From Promethearchaeota archaeon (GTDB lineage Archaea; Asgardarchaeota; Lokiarchaeia; Sigyniarchaeales; SOKP01), in assembly GCA_048940445.1 (NCBI GenBank), contig JBHLON010000006.1:1-64000 (forward strand): a stretch of 64,000 nucleotides of DNA, read 5' to 3'. Shown here piece by piece: positions 31,886-41,791 of the stretch (position 1 is its first letter; each line of letters opens with the position of its first letter). Both the position numbers and the translations under genes were made by a program. The notes under the pieces were generated by a model that saw nothing but the letters and a program-made list of their open reading frames with translations, made no database searches and was not told the DNA's origin.

Positions 31886-32971
31886 ATGAAAATTCCATCC
31901 ATTCGTAGAAGAATTGCTCGTGTAAAGAAAAAAGAAAAAGTAGGACATCCTCCTGGTACACTCGTATATACTGGAGAGAAAAAAAAAGTAGATACCAAAA
32001 TTGAGCTTATTGATTATACTGAAAAAACTTATACTATTAAAGAATTCAATCATGTGGAAGGAACCTTTAACTTATTAGACAAAAATAAAATCAGATGGAT
32101 TAAAATTACAGGATTAGCTCAAGTAGATATCATAGAAGAAATAGGAAAACAATTTAATTTACATCCACTTGTTTTAGAAGATATATTAAGCACAAATCAG
32201 AGACCAAAATTTGAAGTATATGGAGATTATATTTTCATTATTCTTGAAAGAATCTTTTGGAATGATCAAACAGAAGTATTTGAACGTGAACAAGTAAGTT
32301 TAGTATTAGGACAAAATTATGTCATTTCGCTCGAAGAACAAAAAACTGATATTTTTAATCCTATCTTTGAACGAATCCGAGTTCCAAGAGGAAAAGTTCG
32401 TTATATGGGGGCAGATTATTTATTATATACATTAATTGATATCGTAGTAGACAATTATTTTATAACTTTAGAAATAACTAGTGAAAAAATAGAAAATATA
32501 GAAAATGAATTAATTTCTGATCCTTCACCTGAGACCTTACAATCAATTTATAGACTTAAAAGATCTATAATAGATTTGAGGAAAACTATATGGCCTCTAC
32601 GAGAGTTAGTAAATATGTTACAGAGGGAGACAAGTGAACTAATTCGAGATAATCTGCAGATATATCTAAGAGATCTTTATGATCATGTTTACAAGATTAA
32701 TGATCTTTTAGAGAGTTATCGTGATATAATATTTGGAATGTTAGATATGTATCTTTCAAGTGTTAGTAACAGAATGAATGAAATAATGAAAGTTTTAACT
32801 ATAATTGCAACAATTTTTATTCCGTTGTCATTTCTAACAGGGATTTATGGCATGAATTTTCAATTTATGCCAGAATTATCTAATCCTTTCGCTTATCCAC
32901 TATTGTTAGTTGGAATGCTATTTATCGCTGTTTTAATGCTTTCTTTTTTCAGAAGAAAAAAGTGGTTATAG
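31886..32971 (+). CDS. corA: Magnesium/cobalt transporter CorA
   Basis: GHPPGTL, LHPLVLEDI, QRPKFE, GIYGMNF, MPEL; ATG 31886 after GGTGA. Confidence 0.95.
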   Translation: MKIPSIRRRIARVKKKEKVGHPPGTLVYTGEKKKVDTKIELIDYTEKTYTIKEFNHVEGTFNLLDKNKIRWIKITGLAQVDIIEEIGKQFNLHPLVLEDILSTNQRPKFEVYGDYIFIILERIFWNDQTEVFEREQVSLVLGQNYVISLEEQKTDIFNPIFERIRVPRGKVRYMGADYLLYTLIDIVVDNYFITLEITSEKIENIENELISDPSPETLQSIYRLKRSIIDLRKTIWPLRELVNMLQRETSELIRDNLQIYLRDLYDHVYKINDLLESYRDIIFGMLDMYLSSVSNRMNEIMKVLTIIATIFIPLSFLTGIYGMNFQFMPELSNPFAYPLLLVGMLFIAVLMLSFFRRKKWL

Positions 32972-32976
32972 ATTTA

Positions 32977-33528
32977 TTATTTGCGTTGGATACCAGAAAT
33001 TAAATGAATAATTCCATAAAGCATTAAAGAGATTGATATAAGTACCACTAAAGTAATAAATCCAAGGGCAGGTAATGCTATCACCAAGATCCCAAATATA
33101 AAAATCAACAATCCGATTATGAGTAAAAAAATCCAATATTTTGTTTTTTCACTCCTTACTTTAATTCCAAGATAAATTATTATAAATCCAATTATTGTTA
33201 TAACAATCCCAAAAAGAGTAGTAGCAATTATTACAGAACCAGCAGGATTTATAATTACGCTAATAAGTATTATCAATGAAATGAGAATTGTTCCAATCCC
33301 TGTAATATATTTGAAAATCACTTTTTGCCTATCAAGCTCCTTGGAGAAAATAACATTTAAAATTTGAGCCAAACCTAAGGCTAACAATGTCAATGAGAGA
33401 ATAATTAACAGAATTACAACTGAAGCTACAGAAAAAATTAGTACTAGTATAGATAAAATACAAATAATTAATCCAAATGTAATATCAATAAATTTTAAAT
33501 TTCGTGCTATTAATTTTTCACTACTCAT
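32977..33528 (-). CDS. HdeD/DUF308-like membrane protein
   Basis: Six TM helices in three repeated hairpins. Confidence 0.6.
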   Translation of the reverse strand: MSSEKLIARNLKFIDITFGLIICILSILVLIFSVASVVILLIILSLTLLALGLAQILNVIFSKELDRQKVIFKYITGIGTILISLIILISVIINPAGSVIIATTLFGIVITIIGFIIIYLGIKVRSEKTKYWIFLLIIGLLIFIFGILVIALPALGFITLVVLISISLMLYGIIHLISGIQRK

Positions 33529-33627
33529 TTTTAACAAGCTAGATAATATTATAATACTTTTGAAGGTTTTCTCCTTAATTAATTTTGAATACAGAAAAGT
33601 CTCTTCTAAAAATATCGAAAAAATAAA

Positions 33628-34269
33628 TTAAGGTCTTATTTTTTCACGTTCTGATAATTTCAAGGTGAGTTTCTTTTTCAAATCAGATAAAGTATTCTGT
33701 TTTTTTCTTACGATTTCCATTTTCTCATTGATTCTGTTTTCGGATTTTTTTAAGTCATTTTGTTGAGAGCCGAATTTTTCTTTTGCTCGAGCTTTTTTCT
33801 CTTCGGATGCGGCTGCTTTAACAAGTTTAACATATGCTAATTGAAGCTTTCCTAACTTTTCTCTTTCTTTCGCAACATGAATCTTCTCATCCATTAAACT
33901 TTTATTGGCTTCTGAAATATCAGTTTCAACTTTAGCTATTTTTCTATGATTCTCTGCTATTTCTATTTGAATATGTGCTAAATTTTCATTAAAAAGTGCA
34001 TACTTCTTTTCAATATTTAATCCTAAATCCGAGTATTCAAAAAGATCCTTAGATGCTATTTTGCTTTTTATTAGATTAGTAGTTTGTTCAGCTAGTTCTT
34101 TCCTTATTTTTGCTAATTCAAGTCCTTTTTTAGAAAGTTGTTCCCTTGCTTTCGCTTTTTTTAATTCTGCTTTTGCCATATTCTTGGATTCTATTGCAAT
34201 TTTCTTTTCATCCAGAGCTATTTTTAGGTTCTTAATGGCACTTTTTTCAAGTAATTCTAAATTCTCCAT
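33628..34269 (-). CDS. Coiled-coil hypothetical protein
   Basis: K/E/A/L-rich heptad pattern throughout. Confidence 0.6.
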   Translation of the reverse strand: MENLELLEKSAIKNLKIALDEKKIAIESKNMAKAELKKAKAREQLSKKGLELAKIRKELAEQTTNLIKSKIASKDLFEYSDLGLNIEKKYALFNENLAHIQIEIAENHRKIAKVETDISEANKSLMDEKIHVAKEREKLGKLQLAYVKLVKAAASEEKKARAKEKFGSQQNDLKKSENRINEKMEIVRKKQNTLSDLKKKLTLKLSEREKIRP

Positions 34270-34408
34270 TCACGCTCAGTCTCTTTTTATCTAATATATG
34301 ATTTATACATGCATATACATTAATAATATTATTGATTAAGCTATTTCAAAATCATTAAAAATTTAATAAACCAAAATAAAACTTAGCTAGAAAAAGAAGA
34401 TTCATCTT

Positions 34409-34873
34409 TTAAAAATATTTAATCCAAATTACAGCATCATCATTTGGATAAAAAGCAGGAATAACTGAAACTTCACGAAACCCCATACTTTCATAGAATT
34501 TTCTAGCTATGCTATTTGATCGCTCCATGAAAAAATATATAACTCTTAATTTATAGCCCTTGAGCTTAAAAAACTTTTTTGTTTCACTTATTAAAGTTAA
34601 TACTAATTCCTTGGCTATTCCTTGCCTCCTATAACCTTGGGTTACACCAAGCCCAATTAGCTCTATAACTCCATCATTTAATCCGCCTCGAGTATCCCAT
34701 GATACAGTTCCAACTATTTTAAGATCAGTTGCACAAATGATTGTCTTTAATCTAAATATTAAATCACTTGCAAATTCTATTGCCCTCTGTTCATGATTTT
34801 CAACATCATTTAGATACATTTTTTTTAAAAACTCAATATCATTTTCTTCAGCAAATCTTATAATTTTCTCTAT
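34409..34873 (-). CDS. GNAT acetyltransferase; inferred ATA start
   Basis: VTQGYRRQGIA motif A, NSIARKFYESMGF motif B; in-frame upstream IEKIIRFAEENDIEFLKK supplies the first GNAT strand/helix. Confidence 0.85.
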   Translation of the reverse strand: MEKIIRFAEENDIEFLKKMYLNDVENHEQRAIEFASDLIFRLKTIICATDLKIVGTVSWDTRGGLNDGVIELIGLGVTQGYRRQGIAKELVLTLISETKKFFKLKGYKLRVIYFFMERSNSIARKFYESMGFREVSVIPAFYPNDDAVIWIKYF

Positions 34874-34891
34874 TTAAATCACTTCTCAAAA

Positions 34892-36016
34892 TTAATTCTG
34901 CGATAATAATTCAATTAATGCTCTTGGAATTTCTTTATAATCATTTACAGCATAAAATTTTCCCCTTCCCTTAATAGCAATTTCTTTACAAGCATCAATT
35001 CCTCTATCAGCATCGTTTTCAGCAGGCATCCCTATTACGTGTAATTTAGGATACTCTTTCGCTAGATTAAAAGGATTTTCTCCTCTGTTATAATTTCCAT
35101 CTGTTATTAGAATACCAAATTGATTTCTCGGTTCCTTTTTTAATTTATTTAATTCTTTTAATCCTTTTTCTAAACCAATATAGATGTTTGTAAAACCACT
35201 TGCTTCAGAGTCAAGGATATCATCTATAATTGTCGTAATTGGTTTTTTTTCATCAATTCTTTTTAATGTCAGTGCAGTTGAGTTGAATAAGATAATAGCA
35301 TAGTCTTCTTTCTCCATATTATAGGCAAGCACAGAAGCAGTTAAAGCAGCATTTAGGAGTAGCTTTCCATACATACTTCCACTTGTATCTAAAATCAATA
35401 CAATCTTGCGCTTCTGTTGCATTCTTTTAATACCATAGATGTCATCATATGTGATGATTTTTTGATGAATCTTTAAAGGATTATGCTGAATTGTTTCATC
35501 CAAATCAAATTCAGGTGAACCAATTTCGTAATGAGGGATAACTTTTCGATAATTCCCTCTTATGCCTTTACTTGTAATTTTAAGAGCTGTTTTCAATATA
35601 CTTTGGCGAGCTAAACGCCTAAATATTTTTTTATATTTCTCAGAGATTGGACGTCTTATAAAGAAGTAAACTTCTGCCATAGAAGTTGCTGAATCCTTTG
35701 CTTTTTCAGAGAAAAATTTAATTCCTTCATCACAGTCTAAAGCATCAGTCGCAGCATAAACATTTGATTTAAGCATGCCTATTATAGCCTCTAAATTTTT
35801 ATATTCTATCGCTAAGTAAGTTAATTCCTTAATTTGCTTATAATCCAATGAATTAGCTAAATGTTGATAATAATTGGGCTTTTTTCTCTTCTTTCTAATA
35901 ATTTCATATCTTAAGATCTCTTTGTCAGGAAGTTTTTCTGTTAATCTTACATGTAACCTTTTATTCTCAATCTCTTCAGAACTTTCTTTAGAGAAATCAT
36001 CGATTACTGAAAATCC
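34892..36016 (-). CDS. vWA domain protein (MoxR partner); frame opens inside the end of moxR, probably reached by -1 frameshift
   Basis: MIDAS DTSGSM, T (GFTNI), LITDG; frame open from 36019 with no ATG/GTG/TTG until 35848. Confidence 0.8.
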   Translation of the reverse strand, partial: GFSVIDDFSKESSEEIENKRLHVRLTEKLPDKEILRYEIIRKKRKKPNYYQHLANSLDYKQIKELTYLAIEYKNLEAIIGMLKSNVYAATDALDCDEGIKFFSEKAKDSATSMAEVYFFIRRPISEKYKKIFRRLARQSILKTALKITSKGIRGNYRKVIPHYEIGSPEFDLDETIQHNPLKIHQKIITYDDIYGIKRMQQKRKIVLILDTSGSMYGKLLLNAALTASVLAYNMEKEDYAIILFNSTALTLKRIDEKKPITTIIDDILDSEASGFTNIYIGLEKGLKELNKLKKEPRNQFGILITDGNYNRGENPFNLAKEYPKLHVIGMPAENDADRGIDACKEIAIKGRGKFYAVNDYKEIPRALIELLSQN

Positions 36017-36876
36017 AGCTTATTCAAAGTAGAAAGGACGATATCTGTAATCATTTCTGCTTTTGATTTAGTTACTCCATCTTCAATTTCAATCTTGTTG
36101 TATAAAGCCATAATACCTGCTTCTACCCAGTTTCTAGTACTTGTTTCATATCCTGAATTTGATACCAATCCTGCTAGATCGATTGCTCCTCTAATTGAAC
36201 TACCTCTTCGAATGAAGGTACTTTGTCTTGTCAGTTGAATAATATTTTGACAAATTCTGGCGATTTTATGTCCATTAGAGTCATTTAAGTTTGCTTCTTT
36301 TTCTATTATCAAAATTTCTTCTTCTGGATTTTGGTAATCTAATTTGATCCATATGAATCTATCTTTTAAAGCTTCACCTAAAACAGTTACTCCTACGTGA
36401 GCCCTGGGATTTTGCGTGGCAATTACAAAGAAGCTGTTGTCTGATTTAATTGTTCGTAATTTCGGAATTTCAAGTATTCCTTCATCTAAAGCCGTTAATA
36501 ATGAATTTTGAGTACTTTCTGGCATTCTATTAATTTCATTAACAAATAAACATCCACCTTTAAGCATGGCTGAAGCAAGTGGGCCATAGACATAGGATTC
36601 TTCTAGATAACCCTTCGCTATAACTAAAGGAGGATCCCAAAATCCAACTAAATTATGAGATAAAGTCTCCTCATTACAATCAATTCTATAAAAGTCTGAA
36701 TCAAAATATGATGCAACAGCACGAGCTATTGTTGTTTTTCCGACTCCAACCTCACCCTCAATCAAAATGTGCTTTCCAACAGATCTAGCAAGTATAATCT
36801 TATTTAGTTCAAAATCTCTTCCAATAATTTTGTATTTTTGTTGTATATTTTTTACAGTCTCAAATGCGTGAACCAT
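36004..36876 (-). CDS. MoxR-family AAA+ ATPase
   Basis: IIGR, GEVGVGKTT, LFVNEINR, IATQNP, EALKDRF. Confidence 0.9.
   Translation of the reverse strand: MVHAFETVKNIQQKYKIIGRDFELNKIILARSVGKHILIEGEVGVGKTTIARAVASYFDSDFYRIDCNEETLSHNLVGFWDPPLVIAKGYLEESYVYGPLASAMLKGGCLFVNEINRMPESTQNSLLTALDEGILEIPKLRTIKSDNSFFVIATQNPRAHVGVTVLGEALKDRFIWIKLDYQNPEEEILIIEKEANLNDSNGHKIARICQNIIQLTRQSTFIRRGSSIRGAIDLAGLVSNSGYETSTRNWVEAGIMALYNKIEIEDGVTKSKAEMITDIVLSTLNKLDFQ
36010..36016 (-). other. Candidate -1 programmed ribosomal frameshift heptamer G_GAU_UUU
   Basis: moxR ends CTG GAT TTT CAG TAA; the -1 frame GGA TTT TCA GTA runs without stop into the vWA ORF. Confidence 0.6.
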
Positions 36877-36996
36877 AATATTAATAATATTTTATTTCTA
36901 AAAAATTAAACTAAGATAAGAACTTTCAAAATAAATATGAAGACTTTTATTATAATAAACGAAAAGGAAGAATTAGAAGAATCCGTTTAAGCGGTT

Positions 36997-38253
36997 CTAT
37001 TTAGGAAAAAGTTTTACAATAACTTTTTCTCCCTTCTTTAATCCTTCTTGATTTGGAGGGATTTCAACAATTCCATCTGAATATATCAATGAAGTAATAA
37101 TAGCAGAACCTTTCAATTTAATTGGATAAGCTATATAATTATGATTTTTTTTTTCTACTCTTACCCTTAAATAATGTAAAATTCCTAAACTTGAAACAGG
37201 AATATCTTTATCGATAATTGCAAGAAGTTCATTTCTAGGATCTAAGACAGAACACCCTAACATTTTCCTAATGGCAAGTCCTGCAATTTTTAAAAAGGAA
37301 ACATATGCTGCTACAGGTGTTCCGGGAAGACAGAAAATTAGAGTATTATTAAAAAGACCCAATAATATAGGTGAACCAGGTCTCATTGCAATACCGTGTG
37401 TTATAATAGTACCTAATTCATTAATAATTTCAGGTAAATAATCTTTTGTCCCAACTGATGTGCCTCCAGTGAAAATTAAAACTTGAGAATCTTTTGTTGC
37501 TTCAATCAGCTTCTGTTTTATGATAAACTTATCATCTTTAAATGTTTCAGCTCTAATGACAAACCCTCCATATAAATTCACTAAAGATGATATCATTAAA
37601 TTATTTGAGTTGTAAATCTTACCAGGTTTCAAGGTATCACCAGGTTCTACTAACTCGTCTCCTGAAGAAAAAATACTTACTCTTGGTTTAATTTTTACTT
37701 CTATATGGTTTAATCCTAAAGAGGATAAAAGAGCTAAATGTTCAGCTTTTAAGTCTGTGCCCTTTCTTAGTATTTGGGTCCTCTTTTTAATATCTTCTCC
37801 TTTCTTTGAAACATTTTTTCCTGGAACTAAAGATACATAAAGCCTTATTAAATCATTTTCTATTTCTGTATCTTCTATCTTTATAACAGCATCAGCACCT
37901 TCTGGTAACGGCGCACCTGTAGAAATTTTACAACCTTCACTTTTTTCAATTTTAACTTCTGCAGATTCGCCAATTTCAACAGTTCCAACAAGTTTTATCA
38001 TTTTAGGAGTTTTTAGAGAGGCCCCAAATGAATCCTCTGCTTTAATCGCATAGCCATCCATAGCTGATCGATCAAAAGGGGGGATATCCAATTGACTGAC
38101 GATATCTTTTGCTAAGATTCGATTTAAACTATCCTTAATGTCAATATCTTCAACTGAAGTTTCTTGGATCTTTAAAAATAATTTATCTAAAGCATCATCT
38201 ATTGGTGTTAACTTAGAAAATCCTATTTTTCGAAGTTTTTCCACTTGTATCAC
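36997..38253 (-). CDS. moeA: Molybdopterin molybdo/tungstotransferase MoeA
   Basis: PPFDRSAMDGYA, SSGDEL, TGGTSVG, MRPGSP, LPGTP. Confidence 0.93.
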   Translation of the reverse strand: MIQVEKLRKIGFSKLTPIDDALDKLFLKIQETSVEDIDIKDSLNRILAKDIVSQLDIPPFDRSAMDGYAIKAEDSFGASLKTPKMIKLVGTVEIGESAEVKIEKSEGCKISTGAPLPEGADAVIKIEDTEIENDLIRLYVSLVPGKNVSKKGEDIKKRTQILRKGTDLKAEHLALLSSLGLNHIEVKIKPRVSIFSSGDELVEPGDTLKPGKIYNSNNLMISSLVNLYGGFVIRAETFKDDKFIIKQKLIEATKDSQVLIFTGGTSVGTKDYLPEIINELGTIITHGIAMRPGSPILLGLFNNTLIFCLPGTPVAAYVSFLKIAGLAIRKMLGCSVLDPRNELLAIIDKDIPVSSLGILHYLRVRVEKKNHNYIAYPIKLKGSAIITSLIYSDGIVEIPPNQEGLKKGEKVIVKLFPK

Positions 38254-38819
38254 TCTTGTTTATTTATTATATATAAAACATGTCCTAATTCAGGTATAAT
38301 AATATGCTGAAAAGCTAATTTTACCGCATTTGGAGAACCTGGTAATAAGAAAATGGCTTTATTCTTTTCTTCACTCCTTAAAATACCTGCTGTTGCTCTT
38401 GATAACATAGCAGAAGCACCAATTTCATTGTAAGAAAGTGATCTAAAAAGTTCTCCGAAGCCATCAAATTTCTTTTCTAATAATGGCTCCAATGTTTCAT
38501 AGGTTATATCTTTGATTGATAATCCTGTACCGCCACTAAATATGATTGCATCAATGGCTGGATCCTTTAACACCTGGGAAAGCGCTATTTCTAATTGTAT
38601 TTTTGAATCTGCTATAATAGTCGTGAATACTAATGAAATTGAATCGATATTTTCTAATAGCTGTCTTACTGTCGAAATTGTTTTATCTGAACTCTTTTTT
38701 CCAGATTCAATCTCATGAAATCTACTAGTGCTTACAATAATTAGAGCCATATTTATTTTTTTTGGAGCTTTCTTTTTGTGTTCTTCTGGAACTATGGTTT
38801 CTCTTACCATTTTTATCAT
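38250..38819 (-). CDS. moaB: Molybdopterin adenylyltransferase MoaB/MogA
   Basis: SGGTGLSIKDITYE, GFGELFR, AMLSRATAG, LPGSPNA. Confidence 0.9.
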   Translation of the reverse strand: MIKMVRETIVPEEHKKKAPKKINMALIIVSTSRFHEIESGKKSSDKTISTVRQLLENIDSISLVFTTIIADSKIQLEIALSQVLKDPAIDAIIFSGGTGLSIKDITYETLEPLLEKKFDGFGELFRSLSYNEIGASAMLSRATAGILRSEEKNKAIFLLPGSPNAVKLAFQHIIIPELGHVLYIINKQE

Positions 38820-38845
38820 TATTTTTTTATTTCAATATTTATAAT

Positions 38846-40072
38846 TTAGAAGAGATATACATTTCTTTTATCTCCCTTTTCTATTATTGATTCTAACTCA
38901 TTAATCTCTATATATCCATCTGCATAGAATATAGTACTTATCGCTTCAGATCCAGTTTTTATAGGAAATACCTTCATCTTACCATCAACCTCTTTGATTT
39001 GTACAGCTTTAAACTCGTGTCGGCCTATGGTGCTGTAAATTCTCTCGCCAATTTCCAATTCTTTCGAAAATACTTCTCTTAAAGGATATCCAGACATCTT
39101 CCTAAGGAAATTATCTATAAAAACATAATAACAACTTAATGCAGATGTGGGATATCCTGGTAATATAAAAATTATCTTTTTCTTTAATTTAGCAAATATG
39201 ATTGGTTTTCCTGGTTTGATTTTAACCCCATGTACTTGAATTTCAATATCATCATATTGTTCTAAGACTCTTGGTCCTAAATCCCCTTCTCCTTTTGATG
39301 TGCCACCTGATAATATTGTAATATCGCTTTTTTCTAAAGCTGTATCGACGGCTTTCTTTAAATCTTCAAACTTATCTCTTACTACACCTAAAAAATTCAC
39401 ATGAACACCTGTATTTTCAATAGCCTTTTTTAGAACTATAGAATTTACATCATAAATTTTACCAATCTCTAATTCTTTCGTATTTTGATTTACTAGTTCA
39501 TTACCAGTACTTAAAAGGCAAACTATTGGCTTCTCATGAACGGGAACATCTTTAATGCCACATGAAGCTAAAATCCCTAAAGTAGATAAATCAATCAACT
39601 TATCTTTTTTAACAATAATCTCGTTTTTTCTTATATCATGTCCTACTTCGATGATATGAGTTCCTGGAGTTATAGCTTTCGAAATTAAAACTTTATTATT
39701 TTTTTTTTCTGTGAACTCCACCATCACAACACCATTAGAATTCTCTGGGATTGCAGCTCCTGTTGCTACATAGGAACATTGATCCGTTTTTAGTGACTTT
39801 TGAGGAATTTCTCCTGCCTGAATTGTTTCAATTAATTCAAGCGCGATTAAATTATCTTCTTCTGCTTCAAATGTATCCTTAGCAATTACAGCATATCCAT
39901 CCATTCGTGACTTTTTAAAATGTGGGACATTTATTTTACTAACTATATCTCTAGAAAGAGTTCTGTTAAAGCAATCATTTAAAGAGACTAATTCTTCAGT
40001 AGTTGTTATCTTTTCTATTGAATTAAGTATTATTCTAAAATCTTCCACACTAATAGTTTTTAAAAATTTCAT
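38846..40072 (-). CDS. moeA: Second MoeA paralog
   Basis: SRMDGYAV, STGNEL, SGGTSKG, IKPGKP, LPGYP. Confidence 0.93.
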   Translation of the reverse strand: MKFLKTISVEDFRIILNSIEKITTTEELVSLNDCFNRTLSRDIVSKINVPHFKKSRMDGYAVIAKDTFEAEEDNLIALELIETIQAGEIPQKSLKTDQCSYVATGAAIPENSNGVVMVEFTEKKNNKVLISKAITPGTHIIEVGHDIRKNEIIVKKDKLIDLSTLGILASCGIKDVPVHEKPIVCLLSTGNELVNQNTKELEIGKIYDVNSIVLKKAIENTGVHVNFLGVVRDKFEDLKKAVDTALEKSDITILSGGTSKGEGDLGPRVLEQYDDIEIQVHGVKIKPGKPIIFAKLKKKIIFILPGYPTSALSCYYVFIDNFLRKMSGYPLREVFSKELEIGERIYSTIGRHEFKAVQIKEVDGKMKVFPIKTGSEAISTIFYADGYIEINELESIIEKGDKRNVYLF

Positions 40073-40115
40073 TTTTATGTATAAAGCTCACTCTTTATTA
40101 TTTTATAGATCATAA

Positions 40116-40559
40116 TTAATGTATCCATTTTGATGTTCCATTAGCAAAATCTTCTCTCTTCCAAACTGCTACTTCCTTTTTATACATTTCAACTGCTTGT
40201 TTAATAACATCAAATCCTTCTTTTCTGTGTGCAGATGCTACAACAACGTAAACTAAATCATCAGAGAGATCAAATTCACCTTTTAAATGGATAATTTTAA
40301 CATCTATGATTCCATTGACTCTTTTCAATTTTTCACAAATATCGTTAATACTTTTCCTTGCTAATTCATCATAAGCATCTACTTTCATACTAACTACTGG
40401 TTTACCTTCAAGCGAGCTATTTCTTACAATTCCTGTAAAAGTATGGATAGATCCAGCTTCTTTTATTTTATGATTTTTTTTAATGGAATTAATTATATTT
40501 TCTAATCCAATTTCTCCTTTATTATATATTCCAGATTGAACAGTCTCATCATTTTTCAT
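40116..40559 (-). CDS. moaE: Molybdopterin synthase catalytic subunit
   Basis: FTGIVR, VASAHR, WKRE. Confidence 0.92.
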   Translation of the reverse strand: MKNDETVQSGIYNKGEIGLENIINSIKKNHKIKEAGSIHTFTGIVRNSSLEGKPVVSMKVDAYDELARKSINDICEKLKRVNGIIDVKIIHLKGEFDLSDDLVYVVVASAHRKEGFDVIKQAVEMYKKEVAVWKREDFANGTSKWIH

Positions 40560-40565
40560 CAGTTA

Positions 40566-40844
40566 TTAACCTCCAGATACTGGTAATAAAAAAGCCACTT
40601 TATCTCCATTCTTTAACCTAATTAATAAAGGATTTTTTTCTTGAACGGTTTGATTATTGATTATTATTGAAATTAAATCATGTATCTTTTGAATTTTTTC
40701 ATCCCAAATTAAATTTTCTAAGTTATATTTTTCAAACAATAGATTAAGTAAGCCTTGTAGATTATCACCGGAAACATCAAATTCTTCTTTCTCTTTTCCT
40801 GTTATATCTTTAAATTCCGCAAAATATAAAACTTGAATTATCAT
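40566..40844 (-). CDS. moaD: MoaD/ThiS ubiquitin-like sulfur carrier
   Basis: YFA; C-terminal PVSGG. Confidence 0.92.
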   Translation of the reverse strand: MIIQVLYFAEFKDITGKEKEEFDVSGDNLQGLLNLLFEKYNLENLIWDEKIQKIHDLISIIINNQTVQEKNPLLIRLKNGDKVAFLLPVSGG

Positions 40845-40870
40845 AAATACAAAAAATCTTTAAATATTTG

Positions 40871-41791
40871 TTAATAGTAGGGCTCTCGTGAGTCTACAAC
40901 TTGTTTTACTATTTGCTCATATTTGGATAATGAGGAATTATTCTGTAGAGCCTCTTTAATATTTTTTCCAAGTTCAGATCGATATAAACATCCAAAGAGA
41001 TTTCCATCACATCCTACGCGTAATTTAGTACAACCCATACAAGATTCGTGACTTGGTGTGATTGTCTCAACTGTAACTGAATTAGGTAATATGAATACTT
41101 TGCGATTTTGCATAGAACCTCTTATTATTGTTTCTACTGCTCTTGATTCAAGTTCGTCTATAATAGGCTTAATATCTATGTGATACTTCTTGTAAAATTC
41201 ACCATTCTTAATTACTGAATTTGAAACTTCGTGTAATTCAATTAATTGAAGAATATATCCACTTTTTCCACAGAAATCAAGCATAGAGTCAAATTCATTA
41301 TCATTAAGTCCTTTCATTAAAACAAAATTTAATTTTATAGGATTTAATCCTACTTCCTTTGCTAGTTTTAAACCACTCAATACTTTATCTAAAGTATCTG
41401 AGCCATAAATCAGTTTATATACTTCTCGGTTGAGTGATGCTAATGACACATTTATCCGATTTAAACCCGCTTTGTATAACTCTTCTGCGTTTTCATATAA
41501 GAGCAATCCATTCGTGGTCATGGAAATATCTTTATATAGGTGTAGATCAGACACGTTCTTTATTATTTGCACAATTTCTTCCCGACATAAAGGCTCTCCT
41601 CCAGTAAACTTAATTCTTGTTACATTAAGTATCTCAGCTAATATTTTACATAAATTAGTGATTTCTTCGACTGTTAAATCTGATGTTTTGGGTATAAAAC
41701 CTTCTTGATCGCAATAAATGCAATTATAATTACATTTAGAAGTAATAGAAAATCTGATGTGCCTAATTTCTCTATTGCATTTATCTTTCAT
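40871..41791 (-). CDS. moaA: GTP 3',8-cyclase MoaA (archaeal type)
   Basis: CNYNCIYC, TGGEPL, TTNG, CMGCTKLR...CL; ends REPYY. Confidence 0.93.
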   Translation of the reverse strand: MKDKCNREIRHIRFSITSKCNYNCIYCDQEGFIPKTSDLTVEEITNLCKILAEILNVTRIKFTGGEPLCREEIVQIIKNVSDLHLYKDISMTTNGLLLYENAEELYKAGLNRINVSLASLNREVYKLIYGSDTLDKVLSGLKLAKEVGLNPIKLNFVLMKGLNDNEFDSMLDFCGKSGYILQLIELHEVSNSVIKNGEFYKKYHIDIKPIIDELESRAVETIIRGSMQNRKVFILPNSVTVETITPSHESCMGCTKLRVGCDGNLFGCLYRSELGKNIKEALQNNSSLSKYEQIVKQVVDSREPYY

